This document shows positions 47,241 through 57,022 of a stretch of DNA of 64,000 bases, one piece after another. The stretch's first letter is position 1. Each line of letters begins with the position of its first letter. The stretch spans positions 97,700 to 161,699 of the forward strand of contig JAYSUD010000001.1 of the NCBI GenBank assembly GCA_043719295.1, written 5' to 3'. The position numbers and the translations under genes were made by a program. The notes under the pieces were generated by a model. It was not told the DNA's origin. It did no database searches and was given only the letters and a program-made list of their open reading frames with translations. The stretch is from a bacterium. GTDB taxonomy: Bacteria; Patescibacteriota; Minisyncoccia; Phycocordibacterales; UBA918.

Positions 47241-48202
47241 ATGAAAATCTATATAAACAACAATCATTAATTAAATTGTGTAATAATAAATATATGAATA
47301 ACACTGCAAAAAACTTCGCAATACAACTCGGATCACTCATTTGTCTCTATGTATCACTAACCGCAATAATATGGCTTGCGTTTGGCGTCATTAACGCAAT
47401 GTATCCCGACCTGAGCTTTGGATATTATCAATATGAAAGTGCACAACAGGGAATTAGAATCGGTATCGCACTCTTAATTGTATTCTTCCCCGTATACATT
47501 CTCTTAACGCGACTTGTTAATACCGTCAGACGCAAAGAAACAGGTACGTACATGTCACTAACAAAGTGGCTTACCTACCTATCGCTCATTGTCGCTGGGC
47601 TCTTTTTGCTTGGCGACCTTGTAACGGTCATTCTTACGTACCTCAACGGAGAAGTAACTATGCGCTTCATACTCAAAGCACTTACTATCTTTGTCGTTAT
47701 AGGAGCAGCATTCTACTATTACATTCAAGACGCAAAAGAATACTGGAACACACATGAAAAAGAATCAAAAATCTACGGTGGCGCTGTTTCGCTTGTAGCA
47801 CTTTGTCTTTTGGTACTTGGATTTATGTACAGTGATACACCAGATAAGGTACGACAAATGCGCATTGATGAAGAACAGGTTATGAACTTAAATGATATTC
47901 AATATCGTGTAGAAGACCACTATCGGATTAACAAATCATTACCAACAGAGATTGATGGACTATTCATTGGAACAGAAGCACCAAAAGCACAAGAAGGACG
48001 AAAAGCGTATGCCTACAAAACAGTTGATGAAGACACGTTTGAACTTTGTGCATCATTCGCGTACCCGTCACAAAATGGAACAACTGCTGTAGAGCCAATA
48101 CAAAGTGAAGCAATGATGAAAAATCCATACAACAATTGGGATCATGGAGTTGGAGAAACCTGCTTTGAAAGGACAGTAGTTAAAGAACCACAAATACAAT
48201 AA
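47231..48202 (+). CDS. Polytopic membrane protein, hypothetical
   Basis: 4 TM in the N-terminal half; C-terminal soluble domain. Possible true start at MNNTAKN (47294). Confidence 0.4.
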   Translation: MYLNENLYKQQSLIKLCNNKYMNNTAKNFAIQLGSLICLYVSLTAIIWLAFGVINAMYPDLSFGYYQYESAQQGIRIGIALLIVFFPVYILLTRLVNTVRRKETGTYMSLTKWLTYLSLIVAGLFLLGDLVTVILTYLNGEVTMRFILKALTIFVVIGAAFYYYIQDAKEYWNTHEKESKIYGGAVSLVALCLLVLGFMYSDTPDKVRQMRIDEEQVMNLNDIQYRVEDHYRINKSLPTEIDGLFIGTEAPKAQEGRKAYAYKTVDEDTFELCASFAYPSQNGTTAVEPIQSEAMMKNPYNNWDHGVGETCFERTVVKEPQIQ

Positions 48203-48220
48203 GAACTAAGTATCAGATCT

Positions 48221-48246
48221 AAAAGCTCTCTTAACGAGAGCTTTTT
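48221..48246 (+). terminator. Intrinsic terminator
   Basis: AAAAGCTCTC-TTAAC-GAGAGCTTTTT. Confidence 0.65.
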
Positions 48247-48324
48247 AAGTGCCCAGCACTTTACAGTCACCAAAAATACAGCATACTATCTTCTATCGTT
48301 TATAAATTTGAAGCCAGATTAGTC

Positions 48325-51135
48325 ATGCATAAAAAATTTGATAATAAGGAGATTGAAGCTCGATGGCAGGAGATCTGGAAAGAAAGTGGTATCTATGATG
48401 TGGGAGAACGCGATACCAAAAAAGAGAAGGAATATATCCTTGTTGAGTGGCCATACCCCTCTGGTAACCTCCATATTGGTCACTGGCATGCGTTTGCAGT
48501 GCCTGACATCTATGCGCGCTTCCGCCGCATGAACGGGGTGCAAGTACTCTATCCAATGGGTTTTGACGCATTTGGGCTTCCTGCTGAGAACGCTGCAATC
48601 AAAAGAAATACAAGTCCAAAAGAATGGACAGAAGGCAATATTGTGTTTATGCGCAACCAGCTTAACAGTATGGGTGCCTCATTCTCGTGGGACAAAACAA
48701 CAAGTTCAACAGACCCAAGTTACTACAAATGGACACAGTGGATGTTTACCGAATTCTTTAAGAAAGATATTGCCTACCGTGGTAAGGGAATTGTAAATTG
48801 GTGCCCTGGATGCAATACCGTTATCGCAAATGAGCAGGTTCTTGCCGATGGAACCTGCGAACGTTCAGGAGACATGATTGAGAAGAAAGAAATGCCTCAG
48901 TGGATGTTACGGATTACGCAATATGCAGACAGACTTATTGATGACCTTGATGGACTCAATTGGCCAGAGCAAATTAAAGACGCACAACGAAACTGGATAG
49001 GGCGGTCACAAGGTGCAGAACTAACCTTTAAAATTTCAACAGGAGACGAAGTAACAGTCTTCACAACAAGACCCGACACACTCTATGGAGCTACCTACCT
49101 TGTCCTTGCCCCGGAACACCCCCTCATAGAAAAGGTATGGGGTGGGACCTCGAACAATGAAGAGATTGGAGTCTATGTGCATGCTTCAAAACAAAAGGCG
49201 GAGCAAGATAGACTTGATGCAACCAAAGAGAAGACAGGGGTGAAACTTGAGGGGATTACTGCGATTAACCCAGCATCAGGGGAAGAAATCCCGGTCTATA
49301 TTGCAGACTACGTACTTGGAGGATATGGAACAGGAGCAATTATGGCAGTACCAGCGCACGACGAACGAGATTTTGCATTTGCTACAAAGTTTGGACTACC
49401 GATAACACAAGTTGTACGTAAGGTATTTGGAACACCACTTTCGAATCCTGTGACAAGAAAAGCAGTAGGTTCGATAGTACATAATCCAAAAACAAATTTA
49501 TATTTAATTCAGCATAGTCACGAATTTAAAAATCATTCTTTCATATTCGGAGGTCTTGAAGCAAACGAAACGTATGAAGAAGCGGCAATTCGTGAGACAA
49601 AAGAAGAGACCGGATACGACACGAAGTTCGTTAAGTTTATAACTCAAGAAACCGAAGCACATTTTTATCACCCTGGAAAAAATGAAAATAGGACACTCAC
49701 TAGTCGACGAGTACTCTTAGAACTTGTTTCTGATGCTTCGTCTACTGTTGGTGTAGAAGAACTTAAAAAACAAGAACCGGTTTGGTTGACCTATGATGAA
49801 ATTTGTAAAAAATTCACTATAGAAGAAGATCTGTACGCAATTGCACAACTTCGTGAATCAAAACTATACACAGGAGTAGGAACACTCTATAACTCAGGAG
49901 AATTTGATGGGATGGATTCAGAAGAAGCTAAAGAAAAAATTGTTGCTAAGGTTGGAGGGAAGATGACTAATACGTATCGACTTCGTGACTGGTCTATTGG
50001 ACGTCAGCGATACTGGGGCGTACCAATTCCAATTGTGTATGACCCGCAAGGTGTTGCACATCCTGTCCCAAAAGAACACTTACCTTGGTTGTTGCCTGAG
50101 GATGTTGATTTTAGACCTACAGGTGTTGCTCCTCTTACAAAAAGTGAAGAGCTCAAAAAGAGAACAGTAGAAATCTTTGGAGAAGGATGGACACCTGAAG
50201 TTGAAACTATGGATACGTTTGTAGATTCCTCATGGTACTTTTTGCGCTACTTAGACAACCAAAACAATGGTGAACTTTCCTCGTCTATGAAACAAAAAGA
50301 ATGGATGCCTGTTGACATCTACTTTGGAGGCGCTGAACACACAACAATGCACCTTCTCTATTCACGTTTCTGGCAGAAAGCGCTATTTGACCTCGGTTTA
50401 GTTCAAGATAGCGAACCATACAAGAAGCGCATCAATCGTGGGCTCATCTTGGGCCCTGACGGTAACAAGATGAGTAAGAGTAAAGGGAACGTTATTGATC
50501 CTGATGATCACGTTAAAACAGTGGGTGCTGATTGTGTAAAAATGTACCTCTCGTTTATGGGGCCATACGGAGAGACAGCAAACTATCCATGGGATATGGG
50601 AGGTATTGTTGGTGTCCGCCGATTCCTCGAGCGTGTATACGGACTTGATACGCATATCACAGAATCTGAGAGTGAAGAAGTAACGCGTCAACTCCACAAA
50701 ACTATCTCGAAGTTAGAGAACGATGTCCCACTCTATAAATTCAACACCGCGATAAGTGCGATGATGATTTATATTAATCTTGTTGAAAAAGACGGATTAA
50801 CACTTGAATCGTATCTAGTATTCTTGCGTCTACTTGCGCCATTTGCTCCACACCTTACAGAAGAACTGTGGGCCATTCAAGGTAAAATAACTTCAATTCA
50901 TCTTGAATCGTATCCAAAATCAAATCCACTTTATGTTGTAGATACAAAGGTGACTATTGCTGTCCAAGTTAATGGAAAAATGCGTGGAAGTATTGTTGTG
51001 CAAAAAGATGCAGATGAATCTTTTATCTTGAATAGAGCTACAGAAACAGAAACGATAGCAAAATACCTCACAAACGGAGTTACGCGACACATTTACGTCC
51101 CAAACAAAATTATCAACATTATGACTAACGTATAA
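48325..51135 (+). CDS. leuS: Leucyl-tRNA synthetase with an inserted Nudix hydrolase domain
   Basis: HIGH: YPSGNLHIGHWHAF. Editing-domain markers TTRPDTLYGATYLVLAPEHP and GTGAIMAVPAHDERDFAFATKFGLPI. KMSKS: KMSKSKGN. Residues ~365-515 hold the Nudix box GGLEANETYEEAAIRETKEETGY. Confidence 0.9.
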   Translation: MHKKFDNKEIEARWQEIWKESGIYDVGERDTKKEKEYILVEWPYPSGNLHIGHWHAFAVPDIYARFRRMNGVQVLYPMGFDAFGLPAENAAIKRNTSPKEWTEGNIVFMRNQLNSMGASFSWDKTTSSTDPSYYKWTQWMFTEFFKKDIAYRGKGIVNWCPGCNTVIANEQVLADGTCERSGDMIEKKEMPQWMLRITQYADRLIDDLDGLNWPEQIKDAQRNWIGRSQGAELTFKISTGDEVTVFTTRPDTLYGATYLVLAPEHPLIEKVWGGTSNNEEIGVYVHASKQKAEQDRLDATKEKTGVKLEGITAINPASGEEIPVYIADYVLGGYGTGAIMAVPAHDERDFAFATKFGLPITQVVRKVFGTPLSNPVTRKAVGSIVHNPKTNLYLIQHSHEFKNHSFIFGGLEANETYEEAAIRETKEETGYDTKFVKFITQETEAHFYHPGKNENRTLTSRRVLLELVSDASSTVGVEELKKQEPVWLTYDEICKKFTIEEDLYAIAQLRESKLYTGVGTLYNSGEFDGMDSEEAKEKIVAKVGGKMTNTYRLRDWSIGRQRYWGVPIPIVYDPQGVAHPVPKEHLPWLLPEDVDFRPTGVAPLTKSEELKKRTVEIFGEGWTPEVETMDTFVDSSWYFLRYLDNQNNGELSSSMKQKEWMPVDIYFGGAEHTTMHLLYSRFWQKALFDLGLVQDSEPYKKRINRGLILGPDGNKMSKSKGNVIDPDDHVKTVGADCVKMYLSFMGPYGETANYPWDMGGIVGVRRFLERVYGLDTHITESESEEVTRQLHKTISKLENDVPLYKFNTAISAMMIYINLVEKDGLTLESYLVFLRLLAPFAPHLTEELWAIQGKITSIHLESYPKSNPLYVVDTKVTIAVQVNGKMRGSIVVQKDADESFILNRATETETIAKYLTNGVTRHIYVPNKIINIMTNV

Positions 51136-51241
51136 CACAAATATGACTATTGACGATTGTCAATAGTCGTGATAAAATCACGAGTAACAAGAAGGGTGGT
51201 ACAGAAGATATGAAGACAGTATTAACATTTTTTACTCAAAC

Positions 51242-52267
51242 ATGATTTCGTTTAAACCAAAACAGGTAACAAAAAAACTCCTCGGAGCCCTTCCACCACG
51301 AGCTAAAGATGTGCTCGAAAAGCGCTACGGCATCGGAACTGAAGGAGAAAGTAGTACGCTTGAGTCCATTGGACAAACGTACGGTATTACTCGTGAGCGA
51401 GTACGGCAAATTGAAAACTACGGTATTACATCAATCCAGAAATCAGCTGAATACAAAGAATTTGAGGCAATTTTTGTAGAACTCCAAGAAATCATAACGA
51501 GCTTAGGCGGTGGACTTATTGCTGAACACGTACTCCTTGAAGAGATAACCAGTGACATAACACTTCGAAATCACATCTATTTTCTCCTTGTAGTTGGTAT
51601 TCCATTCTTCAGAAGTAAAGAAAATACTACGTACGAACATCGATGGTATACCGAGAAGAAAATTGCTGACATTGTCGAAAAGGCACTGACAAAACTCTAC
51701 AGCAATCTCAATCGAGAAGACTTGATTACCGAAGAAGAAATGATTAAACGATTCCGTGACGAACTTATTGAAATTACTGATAAACACGACGAAGTAATAC
51801 TCAAACGTTGGCTACAAATCTCAAAAGACATCAGTGCAAACCCACTTGGTGAATGGGGACAGTCATCAAGTCCAAACGTTAAGGTTAAGGGAATTCGCGA
51901 TTACGCATATTTGGTAGTAAAACGTCACGGATCTCCAATGCACTTTAAAGAAGTGGCAGAAGCAATTCAAGAACTCTTTGACAAAAAAGCGCATACTGCA
52001 ACCTGTCACAATGAACTCATTAAAGATGACCGATTTGTATTGGTAGGACGCGGACTCTATGCACTTACTGAATGGGGATACTCAGCGGGAGTTGTAAAAG
52101 ACGTACTTCGAGATATCCTTGAAGAACATGGTCCACTTTCAAAAGAAGAAATTATCGACAAGGTACGCAAAGAGCGGTACGTAAAAGACAATACCATTGT
52201 AGTAAACCTCCAAGATACAGTTTTGTTCAAAAAACTTTCTAATGGGATGTATTCAATCGCAGAATAA
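51242..52267 (+). CDS. Sigma-70 region-4-like HTH protein with C-terminal HARE-HTH (RNAP delta-like) domain
   Basis: N-terminal LPPRAKDVLEKRYGIGTEGESSTLESIGQTYGITRERVRQIENYG (sigma region 4.2-like). C-terminal MHFKEVAEAIQELF...DDRFVLVGRGLYALTEWGY (HARE-HTH). Confidence 0.55.
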   Translation: MISFKPKQVTKKLLGALPPRAKDVLEKRYGIGTEGESSTLESIGQTYGITRERVRQIENYGITSIQKSAEYKEFEAIFVELQEIITSLGGGLIAEHVLLEEITSDITLRNHIYFLLVVGIPFFRSKENTTYEHRWYTEKKIADIVEKALTKLYSNLNREDLITEEEMIKRFRDELIEITDKHDEVILKRWLQISKDISANPLGEWGQSSSPNVKVKGIRDYAYLVVKRHGSPMHFKEVAEAIQELFDKKAHTATCHNELIKDDRFVLVGRGLYALTEWGYSAGVVKDVLRDILEEHGPLSKEEIIDKVRKERYVKDNTIVVNLQDTVLFKKLSNGMYSIAE

Positions 52268-52281
52268 AGTAGAACTTACGC

Positions 52282-52382
52282 AAATGGCACACTCCTTCGT
52301 TATGCTTCGCAAAATACTCCTCAACGTACTAAATGTACGCCTCGTCGTTTTTTGTTTGCACGCCTCGAATTGCACTCATTTC
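52282..52382. repeat. Copy D of the dispersed intergenic element
   Basis: AAATGGCACACTCCTTCGTTATGCTTCGCAAAATACTCCTCAACGTACTAAATGTACGCCTCGTCG...CACGCCTCGAATTGCACTCATTTCC. Confidence 0.7.
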
Positions 52383-52451
52383 CATAAGTCCTAATAAATA
52401 ATTTTTATATACATAAACGGGGTATTTTGAAAACAAAATACCCCGTTTGTA

Positions 52452-53819
52452 ATGTACAATAGAATACACATGGCACACGATAAAAAAGGGATTCCTATAA
52501 TCGGAGGAATGATAGGCTTTCTTGATACTGAGGATATTAACTATGCAATACCTGCACTGGTCATAGGACTTTTTATTGTTGTAGTTGTACTTAGCTTCAT
52601 CGGGGTCTCACAGTCAAAGATGATTACCTTCATCTTTATTTTATCTCCTTTGTGGTTACCATATTTAACCTTTCACTTGTTCTTTGAAAAATGGCTTGAA
52701 ATGGTAGGAAAAAAATTCAGACTTAAAAGCGGGCGTACAATATTTGAAATAAAACTTCCACCTGAAGTATTTAAGTCACCTGAAGCAATGGAGTTTGTGT
52801 TTACTCAGATTTGGAATCAAGCAAGTCCTGATAACTTGTGGGAAACCTATATTGACGGCAAACGTCCGCCAAACTATACCTTTGAACTAGTATCACGAGG
52901 AGGTGATGTACATTTTTACGCGACCATTCCAAACAAATTCACCGGTGGGTTTGTAGACAACATGTATGCCCAGTATCCAGGGGTTGAAGTCATTAAACAG
53001 GAAGTAGACTACACGGCAGAAGTCCCAAGTGACTTTGGTGATTTTAAAGAGTGGTCAGCTATTTGTTTCCATTTCAATAAAAAAAATGACGAAGAACTTC
53101 CGATTAAAACATACATCGACTTTGGAATGGACAAATTGCCAAAAGAGGAACAGAAAGTTGACCCCATGACACCTATGCTTGAAATGCTTGGTGCTATAGA
53201 TCCACATCGACAGATTTGGATTCAGTTTATTGTTCGTGGACACAGAAAACGCAATTTTAAGAACGGACAATTACATGCAGAAGGAACCTGGGAAAAACGA
53301 ATCCAAGCAAAAATTGATAAACTAATGGGAAGAGATAAAGACAAGAAAGCTGAAATTGAGTTTGAGGGAATGGTAAAACTAACAACTGGTGAACGTGACC
53401 TTGTTGACTCAATGGAACGACAAGCAGGGAAAGCGCCATTTGAGTTTGCATGTCGACTGTTTTATCTCTCAAAGAAACCAGGAGATTATGATGGGGGATT
53501 GTACAGTAAGTTTATTCGTAACTTTGCAGCAACCGAAAATCGTATTGGAAATGGCCTTGGAGTAAACTGGCGAACAGACTTTAACTATAACTGGTTTTCA
53601 GATCCTTTTGCTAAAATTCGACCAAAGCTCAAAAAAGAAGAATTACACCTTTATAAAACTCGTCAGTGGTTTAAACATTTTAAAGTAATGTCTGCTGAAG
53701 AGATGGCAACAATCTTTCACTTACCTGGTACTGTTGCGTTTACCCCAACTTTAAATCGTGTTCCATCAACACGAGGTGAGGCGCCGAATAATTTACCAAC
53801 AGGCAATCTACCAACCTAA
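52452..53819 (+). CDS. Large hypothetical membrane protein (2 N-terminal TM plus ~380-aa soluble domain)
   Basis: No motif recognised; immediately precedes mltG. Confidence 0.4.
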   Translation: MYNRIHMAHDKKGIPIIGGMIGFLDTEDINYAIPALVIGLFIVVVVLSFIGVSQSKMITFIFILSPLWLPYLTFHLFFEKWLEMVGKKFRLKSGRTIFEIKLPPEVFKSPEAMEFVFTQIWNQASPDNLWETYIDGKRPPNYTFELVSRGGDVHFYATIPNKFTGGFVDNMYAQYPGVEVIKQEVDYTAEVPSDFGDFKEWSAICFHFNKKNDEELPIKTYIDFGMDKLPKEEQKVDPMTPMLEMLGAIDPHRQIWIQFIVRGHRKRNFKNGQLHAEGTWEKRIQAKIDKLMGRDKDKKAEIEFEGMVKLTTGERDLVDSMERQAGKAPFEFACRLFYLSKKPGDYDGGLYSKFIRNFAATENRIGNGLGVNWRTDFNYNWFSDPFAKIRPKLKKEELHLYKTRQWFKHFKVMSAEEMATIFHLPGTVAFTPTLNRVPSTRGEAPNNLPTGNLPT

Positions 53820-53821
53820 AC

Positions 53822-54823
53822 ATGGAATTTGATCTAACAGAAAGAAATTACAAAAGTATGAATAAGAGCAAATCAATTTTACTCTTTATTATAATTTCGC
53901 TCATAATTCTCTTTGGTATAGGTGGATTTTCATTTTTCCAAACCACTCCACCTGACTATGCTCTAGAACAAGACGGAGTTACACTGCAAATTGATAAGGG
54001 GATGTCGGTTCAGGCAATTGCAAATCGTGCCGAGGAAGTAGGCTTAGTTCGTTCTTCATTTTTTCTCTATGCACTTCTAACCTATTCGTACGACCCAACT
54101 TCAATTTATGCGGGAATCTATCACTTTGAAGAACCAAAAAATGTATTTGAGGTTGCAAAGAAACTTGCTTCAAACGATATTGATGCTTCGTTACAGAGAA
54201 TTACGTTACCTGAAGGAATTACAAGAAAAGCTATTGCAGAAATTGCACAATCAAAAATTAAAGATTTTGACACTATACTTTTCCTGCAACTATCAAAAAA
54301 CAATGAGGGGTACTTATTCCCTGACACTTATTTTGTATCAATTGATTCAACTGCAGAGCAATTTGTAACCGTACTTATGGATACATTTTCTTTAAAAGTA
54401 GCTCCTTATAAAGAAAAAATTGCACAGTCACAATTTTCTGAATATGAAGTACTCATATTGGCTTCTATTTTAGAACGAGAAGCAAATGACGAAGTTTCTA
54501 TGAAAATGGTCTCAGGAATCCTTCAAAATCGACTCAAAATCGGCATGGCACTTCAAACCGATGCATCTATTGAGTATGTTCTTAATAAAACGTTACAGGA
54601 ACTGAAACCAGAAGATTTAAAAATTGATACACCCTACAATACGTACTTGTATCGCGGATTACCTCCAACACCAATTGGGAACCCTGGACTTCAGGCTATT
54701 GAAGCAGTCCTTGAACCGACACCGTCAAAATACATGTTTTACATTACAGGGGACGATGGCCAATTTTATTACGCAGAGACATTTGAAGCACACAAGAGGA
54801 ACATCTCAAAGCACCTCAAATAG
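53822..54823 (+). CDS. mltG: Endolytic murein transglycosylase MltG (YceG-like)
   Basis: N-terminal TM; YceG core LILASILEREANDEVSMKMVSGILQNRLKIGMALQTDASIEYV...YNTYLYRGLPPTPIGNPG. Confidence 0.8.
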   Translation: MEFDLTERNYKSMNKSKSILLFIIISLIILFGIGGFSFFQTTPPDYALEQDGVTLQIDKGMSVQAIANRAEEVGLVRSSFFLYALLTYSYDPTSIYAGIYHFEEPKNVFEVAKKLASNDIDASLQRITLPEGITRKAIAEIAQSKIKDFDTILFLQLSKNNEGYLFPDTYFVSIDSTAEQFVTVLMDTFSLKVAPYKEKIAQSQFSEYEVLILASILEREANDEVSMKMVSGILQNRLKIGMALQTDASIEYVLNKTLQELKPEDLKIDTPYNTYLYRGLPPTPIGNPGLQAIEAVLEPTPSKYMFYITGDDGQFYYAETFEAHKRNISKHLK

Positions 54824-54900
54824 TACGATATATCGTACTATTTGAGGTGCTTCTGTAAATTTTGCACACAAAGACTCTGTGTGATAGCGTACGTACACAA

Positions 54901-55974
54901 ATGACTACACAAACTACAAAAACTGTGTTTGTTGGACTCTCAGGAGGAGTTGACTCTTCAGTGTGTGCGTTACGTCTTATTAAGCAAGGATATAATGTTG
55001 TCGGAGTTTTTATTAAAGTCTGGCATCCTGATTTTTTAGAATGTAATTGGGAGCAAGAGCGACTTGATGCAATGCGTGTTGCTGCAAAACTCCGCATTCC
55101 ATTTCTTACCTGTGATGCAGAAAAAGCGTATAAGGATGACGTGGCAGATTATTTTATTGGTGAATATAAAATGGGTCGCACACCAAACCCCGATGTTATG
55201 TGTAACAAATACGTAAAGTTCGGTGCATTTTTAGATTTTGCAAAATCTCATAATGCAGACTTTGTTGCAACAGGACACTATGCAATACGAAATGAAAATG
55301 AAGGCTCTTATACGCTCCACAGAGGGGTTGATGGCACAAAAGATCAGTCGTATTTTTTATGGACACTAACGCAAGCACAACTGAAGTACATACTGCTACC
55401 TGTAGGTGATTCAGAAAAGACAATCATTCGAAAAGAAGCAGAGGATGCTGACCTTATAACTGCAGAAAAAAAAGATAGTCAAGGTATCTGTTTTTTAGGT
55501 GCCGTAGATATACCAGAATTTCTTTCGCACTATATTGAACTCAAGGAGGGTGCCGTTCTAAATGAGGAAGGTGTCACTATTGGTACACACAAAGGTGCGC
55601 TCGTATACACAAATGGACAACGACAAGGTTTTACCATTACAACATCAAATCCGGTTCGAAAGCCGTATTACGTGTGTGACAGAAACATTGAAGAGAATAC
55701 GATTACTGTTACAACCAATAAGATTGTTACAGAAATAAAAAGCCTCATTACACTAACTGAATTAAACTACATTGCCTTCGAACCTAAAGTTGGAAACATG
55801 CTTTCAATACAAACTCGGTATCGTCAAAAACCGTCGCTCTGTGAAATTGTTTCTATAGACGAAAAATCGCTTACACTTACGTATACGGAGGTAGGTGAAA
55901 CAGTAAGCTACGGTCAGTCATGTGTATTATATGATGATGAAGTCTGCTGTGGGGGTGGTATTATTACGGAATGA
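54901..55974 (+). CDS. mnmA: tRNA-specific 2-thiouridylase MnmA
   Basis: PP-loop VFVGLSGGVDSSV; catalytic Cys regions NPDVMCNKYVKFG and GICFLG. Start taken at MTTQTTK; the listed ORF starts 13 codons upstream. Confidence 0.9.
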   Translation: MTTQTTKTVFVGLSGGVDSSVCALRLIKQGYNVVGVFIKVWHPDFLECNWEQERLDAMRVAAKLRIPFLTCDAEKAYKDDVADYFIGEYKMGRTPNPDVMCNKYVKFGAFLDFAKSHNADFVATGHYAIRNENEGSYTLHRGVDGTKDQSYFLWTLTQAQLKYILLPVGDSEKTIIRKEAEDADLITAEKKDSQGICFLGAVDIPEFLSHYIELKEGAVLNEEGVTIGTHKGALVYTNGQRQGFTITTSNPVRKPYYVCDRNIEENTITVTTNKIVTEIKSLITLTELNYIAFEPKVGNMLSIQTRYRQKPSLCEIVSIDEKSLTLTYTEVGETVSYGQSCVLYDDEVCCGGGIITE

Positions 55975-56813
55975 GTTTTTCTGTAGCGAAAGCAGACGGT
56001 AACTTCGAGCCATTTAATGCTCAAAAGTTACGGCAGTCTTTACAACAATCTGGCGCAACCTCTGCTGAAATTAGCGCGATTGTAGCTGAAATTGAATCAA
56101 TAATGTATGACGGTATTCATACCCAAGAAATATACAAGTATGCATTTGAACTCCTCCAAAAAAGTGAAGTGACCGTTGCTGCACGATACTCCTTACGAAG
56201 AGCACTTTTTAATCTCGGCCCAACTGGTTTTCCGTTCGAAGACTTTTTAGCTCGATTGTTTGCCTATGAAGGCTACATAACAAAGACGCGTGTATTGTTA
56301 CAGGGTAATTGTGTTGAACATGAACTTGATGTTGCTGCATATAAAAGTGACCATAGTTTTGTTTGCGAAGCGAAATTTCACTCACATCCAGGGATGAAGT
56401 CTGATCTCCAAGTTGCACTCTATTGTCACTCGCGCCTTCTTGATCTTAAGGATACTAAAATCTGTAACGAGGACATTTGCGGTATAAAGGAACTTATGAT
56501 TGTGACTAATACAAAATTTACCACTTCAGCAGAAAAGTATGGTGTTTGTAGCGGACTCACCCTTCTCAGTTGGGATTTTCCTAAAAAGAATAACCTCCAT
56601 GACCGTATTCAAAAATCAGGAATGTATCCCGTTACCGTTTTGCAAACATTGAGTGTTTCTCAAAAAAGAGCATTGATTGAACGCGGGATTGTCGTTTGTG
56701 CTGATTTGTTAGTAAAGCCCGAGTTATTGCGACATGCCCACATCTCACAAACACGAATGCAGTTGGTTCTTGAAGAGGCAAAGAAGCTCAGTCAAACAAC
56801 AGTAGGTCAATAG
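55971..56813 (+). CDS. ATP-cone domain fused to a restriction-endonuclease-like (PD-(D/E)xK, Mrr-like) domain
   Basis: N-terminal ATP-cone pattern FSVAKADGNFEPFNAQKLRQSLQQSGAT. C-terminal EHELDVAAYKSDHSFVCEAKFH (E..D....x10..CEAK). ATG overlaps the mnmA stop (ATGA). Confidence 0.55.
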   Translation: MSFSVAKADGNFEPFNAQKLRQSLQQSGATSAEISAIVAEIESIMYDGIHTQEIYKYAFELLQKSEVTVAARYSLRRALFNLGPTGFPFEDFLARLFAYEGYITKTRVLLQGNCVEHELDVAAYKSDHSFVCEAKFHSHPGMKSDLQVALYCHSRLLDLKDTKICNEDICGIKELMIVTNTKFTTSAEKYGVCSGLTLLSWDFPKKNNLHDRIQKSGMYPVTVLQTLSVSQKRALIERGIVVCADLLVKPELLRHAHISQTRMQLVLEEAKKLSQTTVGQ

Positions 56814-56821
56814 GAACCTCA

Positions 56822-56923
56822 AAAGACGGCGCACTTCTTCGTTGTGCTACGTGAAATATTACTCAATGTACTATACGTACACCTCGCCATATTTTACTTG
56901 CACGTCTCGAATTGCAATCGTTT
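56822..56923. repeat. Copy E of the dispersed intergenic element
   Basis: AGACGGCGCACTTCTTCGTTGTGCTACGTGAAATATTACTCAATGTACTATACGTACACCTCGCCATATTTTACTTGCACGTCTCGAATTGCAATCGTTTT. Confidence 0.7.
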
Positions 56924-57022
56924 TTGAGATTCCTACAAAACTAGACTAGGTTTTGTCAAGACTTTTCTTATTTTTAGCTATGATATAATTGGCGTATATA
57001 AGCATTATCACAGAATTATTGT

